A program made the translations under genes and the position numbers. 64,000 nt of DNA, taken from positions 14,632,001 to 14,696,000 of the forward strand of contig CM120646.1 of NCBI GenBank assembly GCA_051362555.1, written 5' to 3'. Below, one piece after another: positions 24,349 through 37,310 of the stretch (within the stretch, counting starts at the first letter, position 1; each line of letters begins with the position of its first letter). The notes beneath the pieces are model-generated. The model was not told where the DNA came from. It worked only from the letters and a program-made list of their open reading frames with translations, and did not search any database. The DNA comes from Lingula anatina. Its lineage: Eukaryota > Animalia > Brachiopoda.

Positions 24349-24524
24349 CAGGGCTTGACACCAACTTTTTTCGATACTGGCCCGAGATATCGGTGAATAT
24401 TGCAAGGATGATTTGTCACATAACATTTTACTTGGTCTTTGGGCCAGTGACCCCAGTGACTCAATGGCCCCAGGTTGGTTTTCATTAGCCCAGGGCCAGT
24501 GGGCCCCCTTAATGTCAAGCCCTG
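24349..24524. mobile_element. hAT-like MITE
   Basis: 12-bp TIR CAGGGCTTGACA/TGTCAAGCCCTG, subterminal gggccagtg repeats, flanking 5-bp direct repeat CAATG. Confidence 0.8.
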
Positions 24525-26269
24525 CAATGTGCTATTTTAGCTTCTTTTCGTTACGTTCATTAAAGGTAACACCATGTATTATATCACAGAAGTAGAGAAA
24601 AACTTTCAGTAACATTTTTGTCATTTTCGTGCCCTTTCTAATTAGACTTTCTAGAGAGGATATATTGTTTTTGCACTTATTAGTAGTAAGATTGTGAATG
24701 TTTTTGTCTGCGGAATTTATTTTTAGTAAAAACAATTCCACACACTGTGAAATCTGATGTGTGCAATTAAAATAGACATTGATTTTGTTTTAAGAGTTAA
24801 TTGACCACGTCTACGCGCCGTCTTATTTTCAGGTGCATTAACCATTTGCTGCGTAGGCATCATCAGTTCGAAGGTGTGACACTGATTGCATCAAAATAAT
24901 AATAATAATAATAATAATAATATTAAAAACATAAGTACCGATATTAGTACAATTACACATGCAAGTTGTCGATCGCACTGAATGTTACCGGCTTGTTTTT
25001 AGCTGTCCTAATATAATGAAATAACAGCCAGAATATCCACAGAGAAAAGAACGACCACGTTTCTATCGTTTTAAAAACTTTATTTCCAGTGTCAAACCAA
25101 CGCGTTATTGATTCCAATAAAATTACAAGAAATCCCAGCAAAAACAGCAAACAGCAAAAAATGAGTTATATAAATGTGCGTGGCTAACAAACAAGTAATG
25201 CTCAAAATGCTCAGAACTAGATGTGCGCTTCAGTTTTGTGCTTTTTGAGATCCAAGGTTTCCAAAAGAACATCAATGCACCCAGTGACTCTTTTTCCTCC
25301 TCCTCCTCTGAAGGGAAATTTATTGATAAGACTAAAGTCCTTTCATTGATAACTATGAATACGTCCCTCTTCTCGGTTGTCCAATAATTCTGAACACTGA
25401 CTTACATAACCATTGTTGAGGGGAAAGGAGGGAGTGAGCAACTACTAACCCCCAGCAGGTGGTATTTTTAACAAGACAAGCTAGCCCCGTTACAACAGAG
25501 GGCAGCAAACAACAAGACAATCTAGGAGCAACCTAGAGATTAAACAGCATCAGCCCCCTACATTAACATAAACACACACATCAACCTCTCGCTGGGTCAG
25601 TTTCCAAGAAACAAGGCCACTGCCCTCTAGAGGAAGACCATATTCTGGCAGTCAATGGCTGGTTATGATATAATATACACCATATTGTATTTACAAAAGA
25701 AAAGTTACAAAGCTACAGTTATACGGATTTACCATTACAGACACCTACATAGACTACAGACGTGGTCAGCAGCCTTACGTACATTCAAGACACAAGGTGG
25801 GGGAGGGGGAGGAAGAGAAAGGCACACTAGGACTTGATTTCAGAGAAAAATTACTACCTACTGATTCTGAATGAGTTTTAGGTCAAATTTAGTTTAAATA
25901 CTCTACAAGCACAGTTTGGTGGATTATTGTTTACATCTGGGTGTATGAAACCAAAGCTTTTAATTGGTAAAATTAACAAAGGTGAAATTCAAAAAAATTG
26001 ATTCACTCATTTAAAACACACACAGGTATGTCTCCTTGATGTTAGAAAAACACTTGCAAATTCAGAGGGAAAATCCTGCTGAATTCTTCAAAGAAAATGG
26101 CCCAGAATTCTATTTCTTTTCAAATCAACGTAACAGGATGGTTTGTACTTAGATTGTCCCTGTGTAAACATGAACAGTTAGGCTGCATATCTGATTCTAT
26201 AACAACTTGATTTAACATAATCTAGTGTAATTTCCTATTCAATGGACAGCATACGGCATGGCTGTCAGA

Positions 26270-29200
26270 CTATTCTTCAAACCAGCCTTTGTACTGCTCG
26301 AATCCGGAATACTTCTCGACCTCAGGCATGGGTGTGTCAAACGTCCTAACGGCCCAGTCAATAGTGGGAGAGTAGAACTGGAAAACGGCAGAGAAAAATG
26401 TTTGAGACAAGGCAAGACATAACATCATCAGTGATCCACAAAGCCCATTCCTTTCTGGCGTCAAACTGACGCATTCTCTTGTTTTATTCACAAAATTTCT
26501 TCCAATAACAAGGACGAATAAATATAATTTTCTATTGGTTTCTTTTGCCAATTGGAAAAAAAAAATCACATCATGATGGAGCATTGCATTAGCTTATTAG
26601 ATCACAACTTTTAATTATATTTTTACTATCTGATACCAGAACATTGCACACAGCTGTCAAAGCTTTTGAGGTCAAGTTACATTTTTAAATAAGTCCTAAA
26701 AATTGTCATTTAAACTTTGAGAATAGAAGGTAACCTGGTTTTGCTATTATGGTGTTAACAACAAAATTACATGGCATTGCTTCCAAAAACAGCAGATGCA
26801 GATGTCAGCTGTCTTAACGGATAGAGTCTGTTCATTAAAACCAGGTTCTAAAAATTCCAATTTTAGGCAATGTCTCGCCTTAAATTTTTCACATGCCTGT
26901 GATCAATCAATTCATTACCAAACTGATGTTTTTCAGTTAATTTAGCATGAAAATAACAGTCATCACAAAGAATTGATTTGAATCAGAGCATCTTGTTTCA
27001 TGATCTTTATAACTTAAATGATGCCCAGACAAAAGAAAAAAAAATTACGTATTTTTATGTCTACTGACCAACAATAAATACTTACTTTGCCTACCTAATT
27101 GAAAAATAATTTACTTACCCTGTAGCAGTATTTTTCGGGATCCAAGTCTTCTATTAAATTAATTTTGTTTAGTCTGGATTTAAAAAAGGACAAAGATTTA
27201 ACAATATCTCATAATCCCTTTTAAAATGTTGGCTGATAAAACAAAAAGGCTAACCCTATATAATTCTTTAGGGGGGTTTGATATCATACAAAAGGATTTT
27301 TTTCCTCTAAGATGATGCAGATACAAACACTGTTTTTATCTCTCATCTTTACGTTTCTGACAAAATTAACTGAATTGATGAAAAAGAAGTAAGTGAAATG
27401 GAATTCTCAGCCGTTTTTCATTCAAAATAAAATGTTATATTGTCAAAGATACATAGTGAAAATCAACTAGAAGACTCAGTCTTTAAGGGTCAAAACACGG
27501 TATTTGAAATGTCTCTGACGGGACATTTTAGAGACAATTTTAAAAATTACAGTTGGTAAATTATCCACATGGTTACTTTTAAATACATTTTTATTTAGCT
27601 GGACCATAAAGGATTATGTAAAACAAGCAGCTAATTTGTATTGAAATAAATGTGGGAATTATAATCACTTAAAGGTCGGTCTCTGACGGGACATTTTTGA
27701 CCCCTGTATTTTTTTACTAAAACTCCAATGCAAAATTCTCTTTGAAATTTCATTTAATCAAGACTTTTGTAATTCATATTGCAAGGTACAAGTCTTGGGA
27801 AGCAATTAATGCACAAACAGGCCAGTTTTGTTTACTTTCCTTGGCAGCATGGGTTGTTAAGTGTAAAAAGTCATTGTCTCTGACGGGACGTCTCTGACGG
27901 GACACCTTTGGGCACTATTGAAAAATCTTAGAAAAGAGGTTTAAAAAGCCACATTTTTGTATCTAATGAATCTTACTTGATGGCTATTGCAAAACAGCAT
28001 TTCTGTACATTAGAAAAATCACCAGATACATATATGTTTATAATATTAATTAATTATCATGACACGGTGATAAGGCACAGTATAATTTTCACGTAATCCA
28101 CTGTCCATTACTGCTATTTCTCAATATCAATCAACACTGTTCATGATAGTTCACAAAATAATTCCTGTTTTTCATTTAGTCTTAGAACACATATCTTTTC
28201 TGCACTTTAGAGATTTTTTTCCACCAGTCACATTAACAGGTGATGGAAACAAGTTAAGTCCACGAGTGTCTATGCTAGGCATTGGAAGGACTTCCTTGGC
28301 ATCTTTTACAGGAATCCATGCTTTGTCTTCTGTGGCAGGGTACACAAAGATTCTTTTGCCAGAACCTTCATTACATAAGAAACTGACTTCCACTTTGCCA
28401 TCTTCAGTATCATGGGTGACCTGACCTAAGAATAGTTTTACTCCTTTCCTGGCAGCAAACTCCGCAATGACAAAATCTCCCTGGTGAGACTGAGCTGTGC
28501 CTTGACTGACATTGTCATAGTGCGGATGTGCAGGCAAATCAAAGTCCACAGTCATATGAATAAGTTTAGCATATTAAGAGGGTTGCTGGTACTGAGAATT
28601 GGTTGACACAAGTACATGTCCACGTGACTGGGGCTGGGGCTGAAGCTGTTGGAAGTGTTGAATTCCTGGAACAGATGGACAGTTTTCCCAGCAACTGCTG
28701 ATGGGCGCGGTAGCTGCTACAATATCTGCTACAGACAGGTACATTACGTTGACATTGGGGCATAATTCTTTGCCAGCCAAATAGAATTGGTAAGGTGTAT
28801 CTACAACCATTTTTCTCTGGAGCACAGCTCCCCAAACCTGATGTTTCATTTCCCCTATGATTCTATCCACTGGTCCTTTGCCATGGGCAGTGGTATAAAA
28901 AGTACCACAGCGCTTCCATACCAAAATCTCATTCATGATAGTACCATGTTTAGACAGTAAAAAACAACTTTTGAATTGAATGGGGGTTTGGGCTCCGTCT
29001 GACCAGTAATGGACTTTGCTGAATGATTGCTGGTGTTGGAGGTCTTCGAGAATGGCCTTATTACAGGTGAAGATGGACTGTTTGTTATGGTGCAGATCAT
29101 CAGATACCACAACAATGTTACATATGGTTGGAGCTGGAGGTCTCCTTCAGACTCTGTTCTAAATCATGCACATGCAGTGAACAGAATTACCTGCTCACAG

Positions 29201-32200
29201 TTCTAGTGCTTTGACATGATCTCTGACGGCACATGTCAACACCTAATTACTGACAGTCAACCTAGCTAATAATCAGTAATAGTTAATGAATTACCCAGTA
29301 ATGATCAGTTGCAAAAGAAAAATAAGAAATGTAACACACCAGAACACTTGAAAATGATTCAATTGAAGATGTAAAACCTTGTGTTTCACATCTGTCATAG
29401 AATGTCCCGTCAGAGACAGAAAATGTCCCGTCAGAGACAATGATAAAATGTGGCAATAAATTCACTGTTAATTGTTTTAATTTTGTAATTTTTAGCTATT
29501 ATCATTAATTATTATTATTTAAAAGAGGATTTTAAGTTTCATTTATACAACCTACCAGATGTGGAAAATGTGAAAACTTTTCGAAGTCAAATGTCTCTGA
29601 CGGGACACACCACTCCTAGTGCTAAATAATTTTTTACTCAAAATAAGTGATAGGTGGCAGATTTCTATGTTAAACTATTACTTCTGATTAGTTTAACATA
29701 TTTGAGTGATAAAAACTTGAAAAAACAACCTAATATCTGACTCAGGCCAATATGACCATATGTCCCGTCAGAGACAATTTTTTTTTTCCTTTATGTTTCC
29801 CAGCGGCTCACAGAAAAAGTACTGGGAGTATATCAATGAAACTTACATTGTCTGAAAATTTGATTTGTTTTCTACAAAAATGTAAAAATTTTAAATTTCA
29901 ATAAACAAAAAAAAAATTTGGACACCCATGGCACCGTTACCGTGTTTTGACCCTTAAATAAATTCCGCTCATGCGCAGGTTACTGGCCCTTGCGTCATGA
30001 TCTGAGTAGATTTGACCTGGTTTTCGTCTGTTTATAGCGGGTGTATGATTTTATATTGGTCAAACTGGTAGATATACAGATGAATTTCAGGAAAGTGACA
30101 CCCCTGTTGATGGGAAAGCTGGTTGGCCTCACAGTAATGTGCGTGTTGAGGAGATGAGATGTAAAATAAAAATTTGAGAGCTGCCGCACTGCGGCTGGTT
30201 CAGCAACCGGTTTTCATTTCCAACTTTTTGAGGCCTTTGCTTTCATGCATTAGCACCAGACAGTACATACCAGAATCGTCAATAGGAGTGCTAATGCAGA
30301 CATGCTGAAACTGTCGGTCCGATCGGTCATGACCGGTAAAATTTCTCTGGACCGGTAAAAAATTGTACTTAGACAAGAATTTTAGGAACCGCCATTTTGA
30401 ATTGGCAATCATCGTCCGATGTACTTCAAGAATAAAATTATTTAAAAAGCCACATCATTTTTTCTACCATGTACTAATCACGTGACACGTAAAAACCGAT
30501 CACATTTTGGTCACATTCACTTTACAAAGTACGCTAGCCAATCGTAGTATCCGTCTCAAACGAATGGGTAATTCCCCATGAGGAATCCCCCTGCTCTCGA
30601 TATTATGTGCGCTGTCATTGGCCTATTAGTTGCGACATACAGACATCTATCACGAGGGCGGTCCACGCTGCCAAGCACATGTAAACTTGCCAGGGCAAAT
30701 GTTTACTGCTTAACTTGGACGCCCGACTCCTTTCTCAAGAACAGTTATTCATATAGAAAGCCAGGATAGTGACGCTCGACCTTCAAGGTACGTAGACACT
30801 GTTAGTTGTTCTTTTTGGGTAGTGCCTTCCGCATATCACCGATAGTTTGGCAGTTTGGTCGCTTCCTCGAACCTACCGTAGAAACTTGATCCATGGTGTA
30901 TGAACATAATGTTTTACAGATTTTAAATATCCAGTCACCATTAACGCGATACCAGTACTGGTTACAGTTTTCACATCATCAATATTTTTAATTATTTTAG
31001 ATTATGGTATCGTTTAGTCCTGATCAGGAAGCCGTTCGTTTCCATGCAGAGGAGACTGATACAGTGCAATGGCTAGCATGTTTCATGCAGTAGCACTCCC
31101 ATTCGGTCTACAATAATATCTAATATGTACTGTTTGTGTAGCATGAAAATATTTGCAAATTATTTCAAGAAAAGGAGAAATTGAGCAACAGCAAATATTA
31201 CTATTGTTGAACAGTGGAAATGAATTTTTTTTTTTCATTTAATTTCTAAGCAAATTCATTTCAAATTGAAACGACTCAACATTACGTTTTTGAGAAATTG
31301 ATCATGATAAAAGTCATAATTAATCTCAGTTAATGGCATAGATGTGAAACATATGATGAATCCCTTGCTTTTTTACCATATTTCATTAAAACATACTATA
31401 ATACATGTATTTATGGCACTTGGAAATAGTGGTGAGAGCTGGAAGGCATTGCATGGTGAGTGCCAGGCTGGCAGCAGTGAGACACTTGTCAAAATGGCAA
31501 GTCTTGAAAAATTAAGCTGTACACCCAGTACCATTGAATTAAAGGACAAAGTGTGAAATTCAAGGACTTTCAAAGGAAAAAAACAAATTCAAACTCTTCC
31601 TAAGGCCTATTTGAACCCTGCAACTTGTGAAATGAGAACAACAATAAAGCAGTGCTTCCCAACTTCTAAGTGTCAGTTTTTGTTTTTAAAATATACAACA
31701 TGCCCAAATTATTGATAGTATTACTGAATATGTATTTACAAGTCTGAGTTACTTCTGTGTACTACCATGCAAATGAAACGAATCCATATTTGATGGAAAT
31801 TTTCGGTCCGGCAAAAGTCCGTTCGGTCCGGCAAATTTTTCATCACTGCCGGTCCAAATGTCCGGCAGTTCTGAAAAGTTTTCAGCATGTCTGTTTTTGT
31901 GCTAGGGGACTATGAACACCATTTTAATCAGGGGACATTTGATTTTCTGATGCAATTGAAAAAAGGTTGCTTCCACTCAAAAGTTCCATAGACTCTTGAA
32001 ATATACTATGAGACGTATACTTACATAATGTCAGGGGCAAGATAACAAGTCCTTGCTGTAAACCAGGCTGCCAGCGCAGTTGTTGCAACAGTGCATAAGA
32101 TCATTGGAACCATCTGCAAAACAATAAAAACAGGGGAAAAGGTAACATAATACTAATAATAATAATAATGGAAGACAAACCAATTTTTTCTGCATTTGAC

Positions 32201-32500
32201 ATACAAAGTCCTCAGACTGTATAATTAATTTTTTTTCTTTTTAAGGATAACTTTTAGGGTTTGTTTAGGTAGCAGAGCAACTGTATCCAGCAGTTACATA
32301 TGGAGCTGTTTCGACGTCAAGAGGTATAATGTTATAATTTTAAAAATCTTTTGAAATTTTGTTACCGAAGCATGATGTCTCTTCGCGTCTCTCCAATTAA
32401 CCCCATTTCCAAGTCCGAATATCCAAAATAATGACGTTGGCTCCCTTGTTTTTAAGGCTGATTGGATTGTGTATTTCGTATCAAACACTGCATTACGCAT
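26270..32500 (-). CDS. NDUFA4: Cytochrome c oxidase subunit NDUFA4 (COXFA4)-like small membrane protein, 4 exons, ~128 aa
   Basis: complement join(32366..32500,32025..32113,27119..27173,26270..26377). Canonical GT-AG, phases 0/2/0. Protein ...DAKRHHAS|MVPMILCTVATTALAAWFTARTCYLAPDI|ILNKINLIEDLDPEKYCYR|FYSPTIDW... aligns by eye to vertebrate AKKHPSLIPL..[TM]..RLALFNPDV...YKFYSVNVDY. Lies head-to-head with PHF14. The exact start codon is less certain. Confidence 0.78.
27487..29953 (-). mobile_element. Sola2-like DNA transposon, internally deleted, in intron 2 of the NDUFA4-like gene
   Basis: 16-bp TIR gggtcaaaacacggta/taccgtgttttgaccc, TTAA on both sides, GRG terminus. Minus-strand remnant 28574-29110 has VHYWSDG..QFK and AHGKGPVD. 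About 9 subterminal copies of TGTCTCTGACGGGACA. Confidence 0.8.
30297..31893. mobile_element. Non-autonomous hAT-like element nested in a MITE
   Basis: TIR CAGACATGCTGAAA/TTTCAGCATGTCTG, subterminal (g)accgg/ggtccg repeats at both ends. No clean TSD and no transposase ORF seen. Confidence 0.7.
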
Positions 32501-32890
32501 CGTTGCGGCCCCTACTACTAAATGCTGTCACCCCAGCGCTATGTACGATTCAAAGATGGCTGAAGGTAGATGGCTGCAAAAAGAACAATGCCCCGTATGT
32601 AGGTCATTATATACTCTCGTGTATATTTTAAACCATAATTCTCAAACCGCTGTATTTGTCAGAATATTGTCAAATTGGTTTGTTTTGTTTTATTAAATTA
32701 GAAATCAGAAAGATCTGATAATTAACAGATTGTAATAAGTATATGCATGAGAATAGTTTTGTTAATATTACCAATACCACTGAAACTATCTCCAATTTTT
32801 TGACTCGTTTCAGTAAAATAACCCTGTGTAGCAATTAGGACATAACAAGTGAAATCGAGGTCCGTATCTTTAGCGTAAGGAAAGTACAAG
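32501..32890. promoter_or_regulatory. Candidate bidirectional promoter between NDUFA4-like and PHF14
   Basis: Only 390 bp separate the divergent predicted start codons. YY1-like AAGATGGC near 32553. Confidence 0.5.
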
Positions 32891-35800
32891 ATGTCTGTTG
32901 AAATAGACGAAGAAACGGAGTCCAGTGTCGGGTTTCTTTATCGTGCAATGTGTAAGTGTTGCATTCCACAGTTATACGAAAAACCCTCTCTGTTGAAATT
33001 CAATTCGTGAAATCACACACTTATATGAATAATGAAAAACGATATATCATGTTTCTGCATTCATTCACTGCCACTGGTACACGTACAGTAGATTATGTGC
33101 ACGGTTTTGGCAGTCATAACGTGTGGTTTATTAGAGTTCATAAGAGGCTTCTGTCATAATAATAATTCATATACCAATATTATTTAAGGGTTTCAACTGT
33201 GGCTCTTGTATGATCTGAGTAAATAACAGAAATTATGGGGGTGCTAGTGCCGATAACTTTAGCACGAAAATTCATGCGTTAGCACTCCTATTGACGATTC
33301 TGATATGTACTGGCTGTGCAGCACGTGAATTTTAGTGCTACCGTAACTTGAGCTACATTTAACTATTTACAGTTAGTGTGGTTGTATTAATTTGGATAAT
33401 TTGCCACATGTTAAAAAAAAAAGAAAAAAAAAAAAAAAAAACTCGATGCCCAAAGTTATTCCAATCCATTAGTTACTGTAACAATGATTTGATATTTATA
33501 AATTATAGGTGTTTTTGTACATGATAGAAAACTAATCAGCTAGTTGACAGATTCAGCTATGACAAAGATTTTGATTTTATCATTTACTTTTTAAAATTAA
33601 AATGAAGGAATGTCGCAGTAGTTTTGTACCTGATGCACTTTAAAGGGCAACATAGTCAATAGTACGGTTTGACTGTATGAAAATACACCGTTTCTATAGA
33701 TTTATTCAGAAAAAGAGAGAGTGAGGTATCCATGTATTCTGTCCTATCATTAATAGATAATGTCATAATATATTTTCAACTGATACAAATAAATTGACAG
33801 TAAAGTGAAAACCATAATTTTACCATTTGGTAATAAGCCTGGTTTTTTTAAGTTAAAAAAAATATGATGCCTCATGTAATTACACTGTGTCATTGAATAA
33901 TTTCCTGTATAGTGGACAGAGATCCTAAGAAGCGGAGGGTTAAACCTGTTCAGAAACATATGATGCAGCTGGATTTTGGCCCAGATGACAGTTCTGGTGA
34001 TGAAGACTATGAAGGAGAAGAGTTCACAGGTAAGATGATGCAATTGTGTGCACTCTTTGGACTAGAAAATGTTCTTGAGACTTCATATATATAAACATAT
34101 GAATAATTTTTTTAGTCTTTTTTCCCCTAGATTTTCCACCACAGTGGTCCTCTTGTTCTTATAGTAAATTGGGACTGAATATTACTGACTCGATTGTATT
34201 TTTTTGTGTCCTTTAGACTCGGAAGAGGACAGCGATGATTCCACGGGTAAAGGGTCCCCCAGAGCAGCTGCTGAGGACGTGGAGGATTGCAGCGAGGAGG
34301 ATATTGAGGATGAGTCAGATGAGGACGAGGAGGAAGGAGAGGAAGAATCCATTGCTGGCTTGATAGAGAGAGCAAGACAGATGTCAGACCAGTTAAAAGT
34401 ATTTACTGATTGCTTATATCCTTTCACCCTCTCCCTTTGAAATAGAAAGTCTCAACCTTTTTTTTTTTTTTTTTACATACAACTTTTATCGTTTTTTAAA
34501 AGACGATGATTTTAGAGAACATTTTTCTTCCCTATTTTGTATATTTTATTGGCTAACTTAACCTTTATCTTTACTTGGATTTGACCTTTGTAACCAGTTT
34601 TGAAGCTGTATAATGCGTACGTCTCAAATCTCTCCCCCTCCCCTCTTGAATTCCCCTACAGACTGGCACTTATGATTTATTTTGCTCGTCTCTCTTTCTG
34701 TCCTACAAATAATGGGAAAATGATATTGTTAGATAACTGATGAAAAATGTGAGGTGGAATGAAAATTTGATACAGTGACTGTAAAAAATTTGGTAAAGTT
34801 CTGATGAAGAACAGACTCCAAAGTAACCAACCAGTAAAGTATGACTTATTGATTGCACAATGACTTACTTTGTATATTGAGTAGTACTGAATATTTTCTA
34901 ACAAAATTGCCTATTTTTTAGGTAGAAGGAAAGTCTGGGCTAGCCTCCAGCAAAGTCAAGATTTGCATCTGTTGCGTTTGCTTGGGAGAGTCGAGGTAGA
35001 AGTGTATTAGTTTTGTAAAGTGTAATCCCTAATGCTGTACAGTAATGGAACTCAGATGTCATAAAACATGACTGTCAGCATTGCATGCTTTTATTTAAGT
35101 CTACATGGGGTAGTGATATCACTCACCTATTTAACCAAATGTTAAAACGGACTTAAATTGGCTCAACAAAATGGGTCGTTTTGGTCAAATTTAAACCATT
35201 TGGAGAAAATAGTTGTAAAAGGTAGTGATTTGGCTGAGTGAAAAATATTGCTAGCAATACTCCCAATCTAGAAAATGTCCATGGATTTGCAGGAGATGTG
35301 GTTTAACTTTTATCAATGAACATGAAACTCTTTGCCTTGAATGCTTTGTTAGAAAGCAAGACAGAAGTAACAAAATATTGTGATTATACACTGTTATGCA
35401 AAATACTAAATTCTACAAGTTGAAAAATTAACCAGAAAAAAATCTGTTGATAATACAATTTCTGTCAGGCATTATATGTTGCTGCAATGAAAGCATTAGT
35501 CTGCCATTATTTCTGGCACTGCTCTCTTCCAAATCCCACAAAATGCTTGACTACACGCTATCATCTTGGATGATTCCCATTCAGTATCTATTATTCAATA
35601 TAATGTAATGGCATTTATGGATATTTTTACTCTTTTTAATGACTGGTAAGGACTCCATAATGCCCTAGCAGCTTTGGGCATTATGGAGTCCTGACCAGTC
35701 ATTAAACATTTTTATGCACACTCAATTTTATGCCCCATTGTTAAAATTATTATTGCAACTTGCTTTTAAATCACATTCTTTACTGTATAAATTGTTTTAA

Positions 35801-37279
35801 AAACTTGCTATATAAAGAAAAGAAACTAGACACCCAAAGCTGGCAATTGGTAAGTGTTACATTAAGCATGACGCTGGATTGTGACCCTGCTAAATTACAT
35901 CAAAAAGAACCTGAGAGCGTATGCCACTGCAATACCTATACAAGTCACTGTAACAATAAGATTTTTTTTAACTTTGGAAATGTAACCTTAATTTTAATTT
36001 ATGCAAGTGAAGATAAAACTAAAATATCTAATTAAAAGTCCTATATCCTATATTTCAAAACATATTAGTATCAGTAGATGGATGTGAAAATTTGTTTTGA
36101 CAATAGATTTGAAACTGTTCAGGCCTTACCCTTTCTTACAAAATTTGGTTGGATATTTCAAATTTTTGCAGCAAAGATTACTTTGAATTCTAACTCATTG
36201 CCATTCACATAAATATCGTTTTTGAGTTGATGTCAGTGCATGGTATGTGAATTGGGGTTCAGAATGTATAATTATAGTTACTTAATCAGTATGTTCTTAC
36301 TTTTATACATTTTTGCATTGGCTGAAATTCATACGTATTAATATTATAATATATAACTCTACAATTTTTTTTTTTTCAGTGACGAAGAAGATGAGATTGT
36401 GGAATGTGATGGCTGTGGGGTGTCGGTCCACGAAGGTTGCTATGGCATCAGCGAATCCCATTCCATTGCCAGTACGGAGTCTTCAGCCAGCACAGAGCCA
36501 TGGTTTTGCGATGCTTGTAAAGCTGGAGTGAGACCTGTAAGTTGGTCAGCATGTGTTTCTTCTGCTAGGTGCGCATGTATATAGCATACTATGTGACAAA
36601 GCTTTAAAATGTATATTTTACTTAATAGGAAAATTTATGGAAAGGATTTCAAATTGATCAATGTGCTGTACTCCAATCAACAGTTCACCAACATAATAAA
36701 TGTAAGCACGTAAAACATAATCTTGGATGATTTTGATGAAATAAATTTTATTTTTCTCTTTAAAATGATCATCCTGTATTAAATTTTGTTACAAATTTTT
36801 AAGAAGCAGGCTGTGTAACAGACTGTGTTCCCACAAACTACCTAGGCTAAATGCCAGGGGATTATCGTTTTTTTTTTTTTTTTTTTACAAACTTCAGAGC
36901 TGCGAACTGTGCCCCAATTCTGGTGGAATCTATAAAGAGACAGACACAGGGAGGTAAGCCATATGATATATTCTATATTCTTTATTTTAGACAGTTACTG
37001 TCAGCATAACACATATTAAATTATTATTTCACAACATGCCCCTTTACCTAACTTTAAAATTTGTTTTAGGAAATACATGTACACAACTGTTAATAAGATT
37101 CATTTAAAAACAAGGGAAGAACCAGGGATGAATATTAACAGGTTTTTGTACTTCTACTAAGCAATTAACATTGATTTTGACAACTTTTATGAAACAACAT
37201 TGATTATAAAATAGATAGCAGACACTGATTCAAGATAATAGTCACATATATTATCAGACGTACTGATTTGTTGGCATTA

Positions 37280-37310
<31 letters not shown>

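Noticed and set aside
27510-29776. Repeated 16-mer TGTCTCTGACGGGACA as a CRISPR-like array
   Set aside because: Irregular spacing, both orientations, located inside a TIR element in a eukaryotic intron, and no cas genes.
29995-30065. Alternative exon 3 for the NDUFA4-like gene (acceptor ctaccag on the minus strand)
   Set aside because: It leads to a stop or the wrong phase for exon 4 and has no resemblance to the family. 27119-27173 fits phase and splice consensus.
30258-33312. One large inverted-repeat element enclosing the NDUFA4/PHF14 first exons
   Set aside because: Better explained as two independent, oppositely oriented copies of a short MITE, one of them split by the hAT-like insertion.
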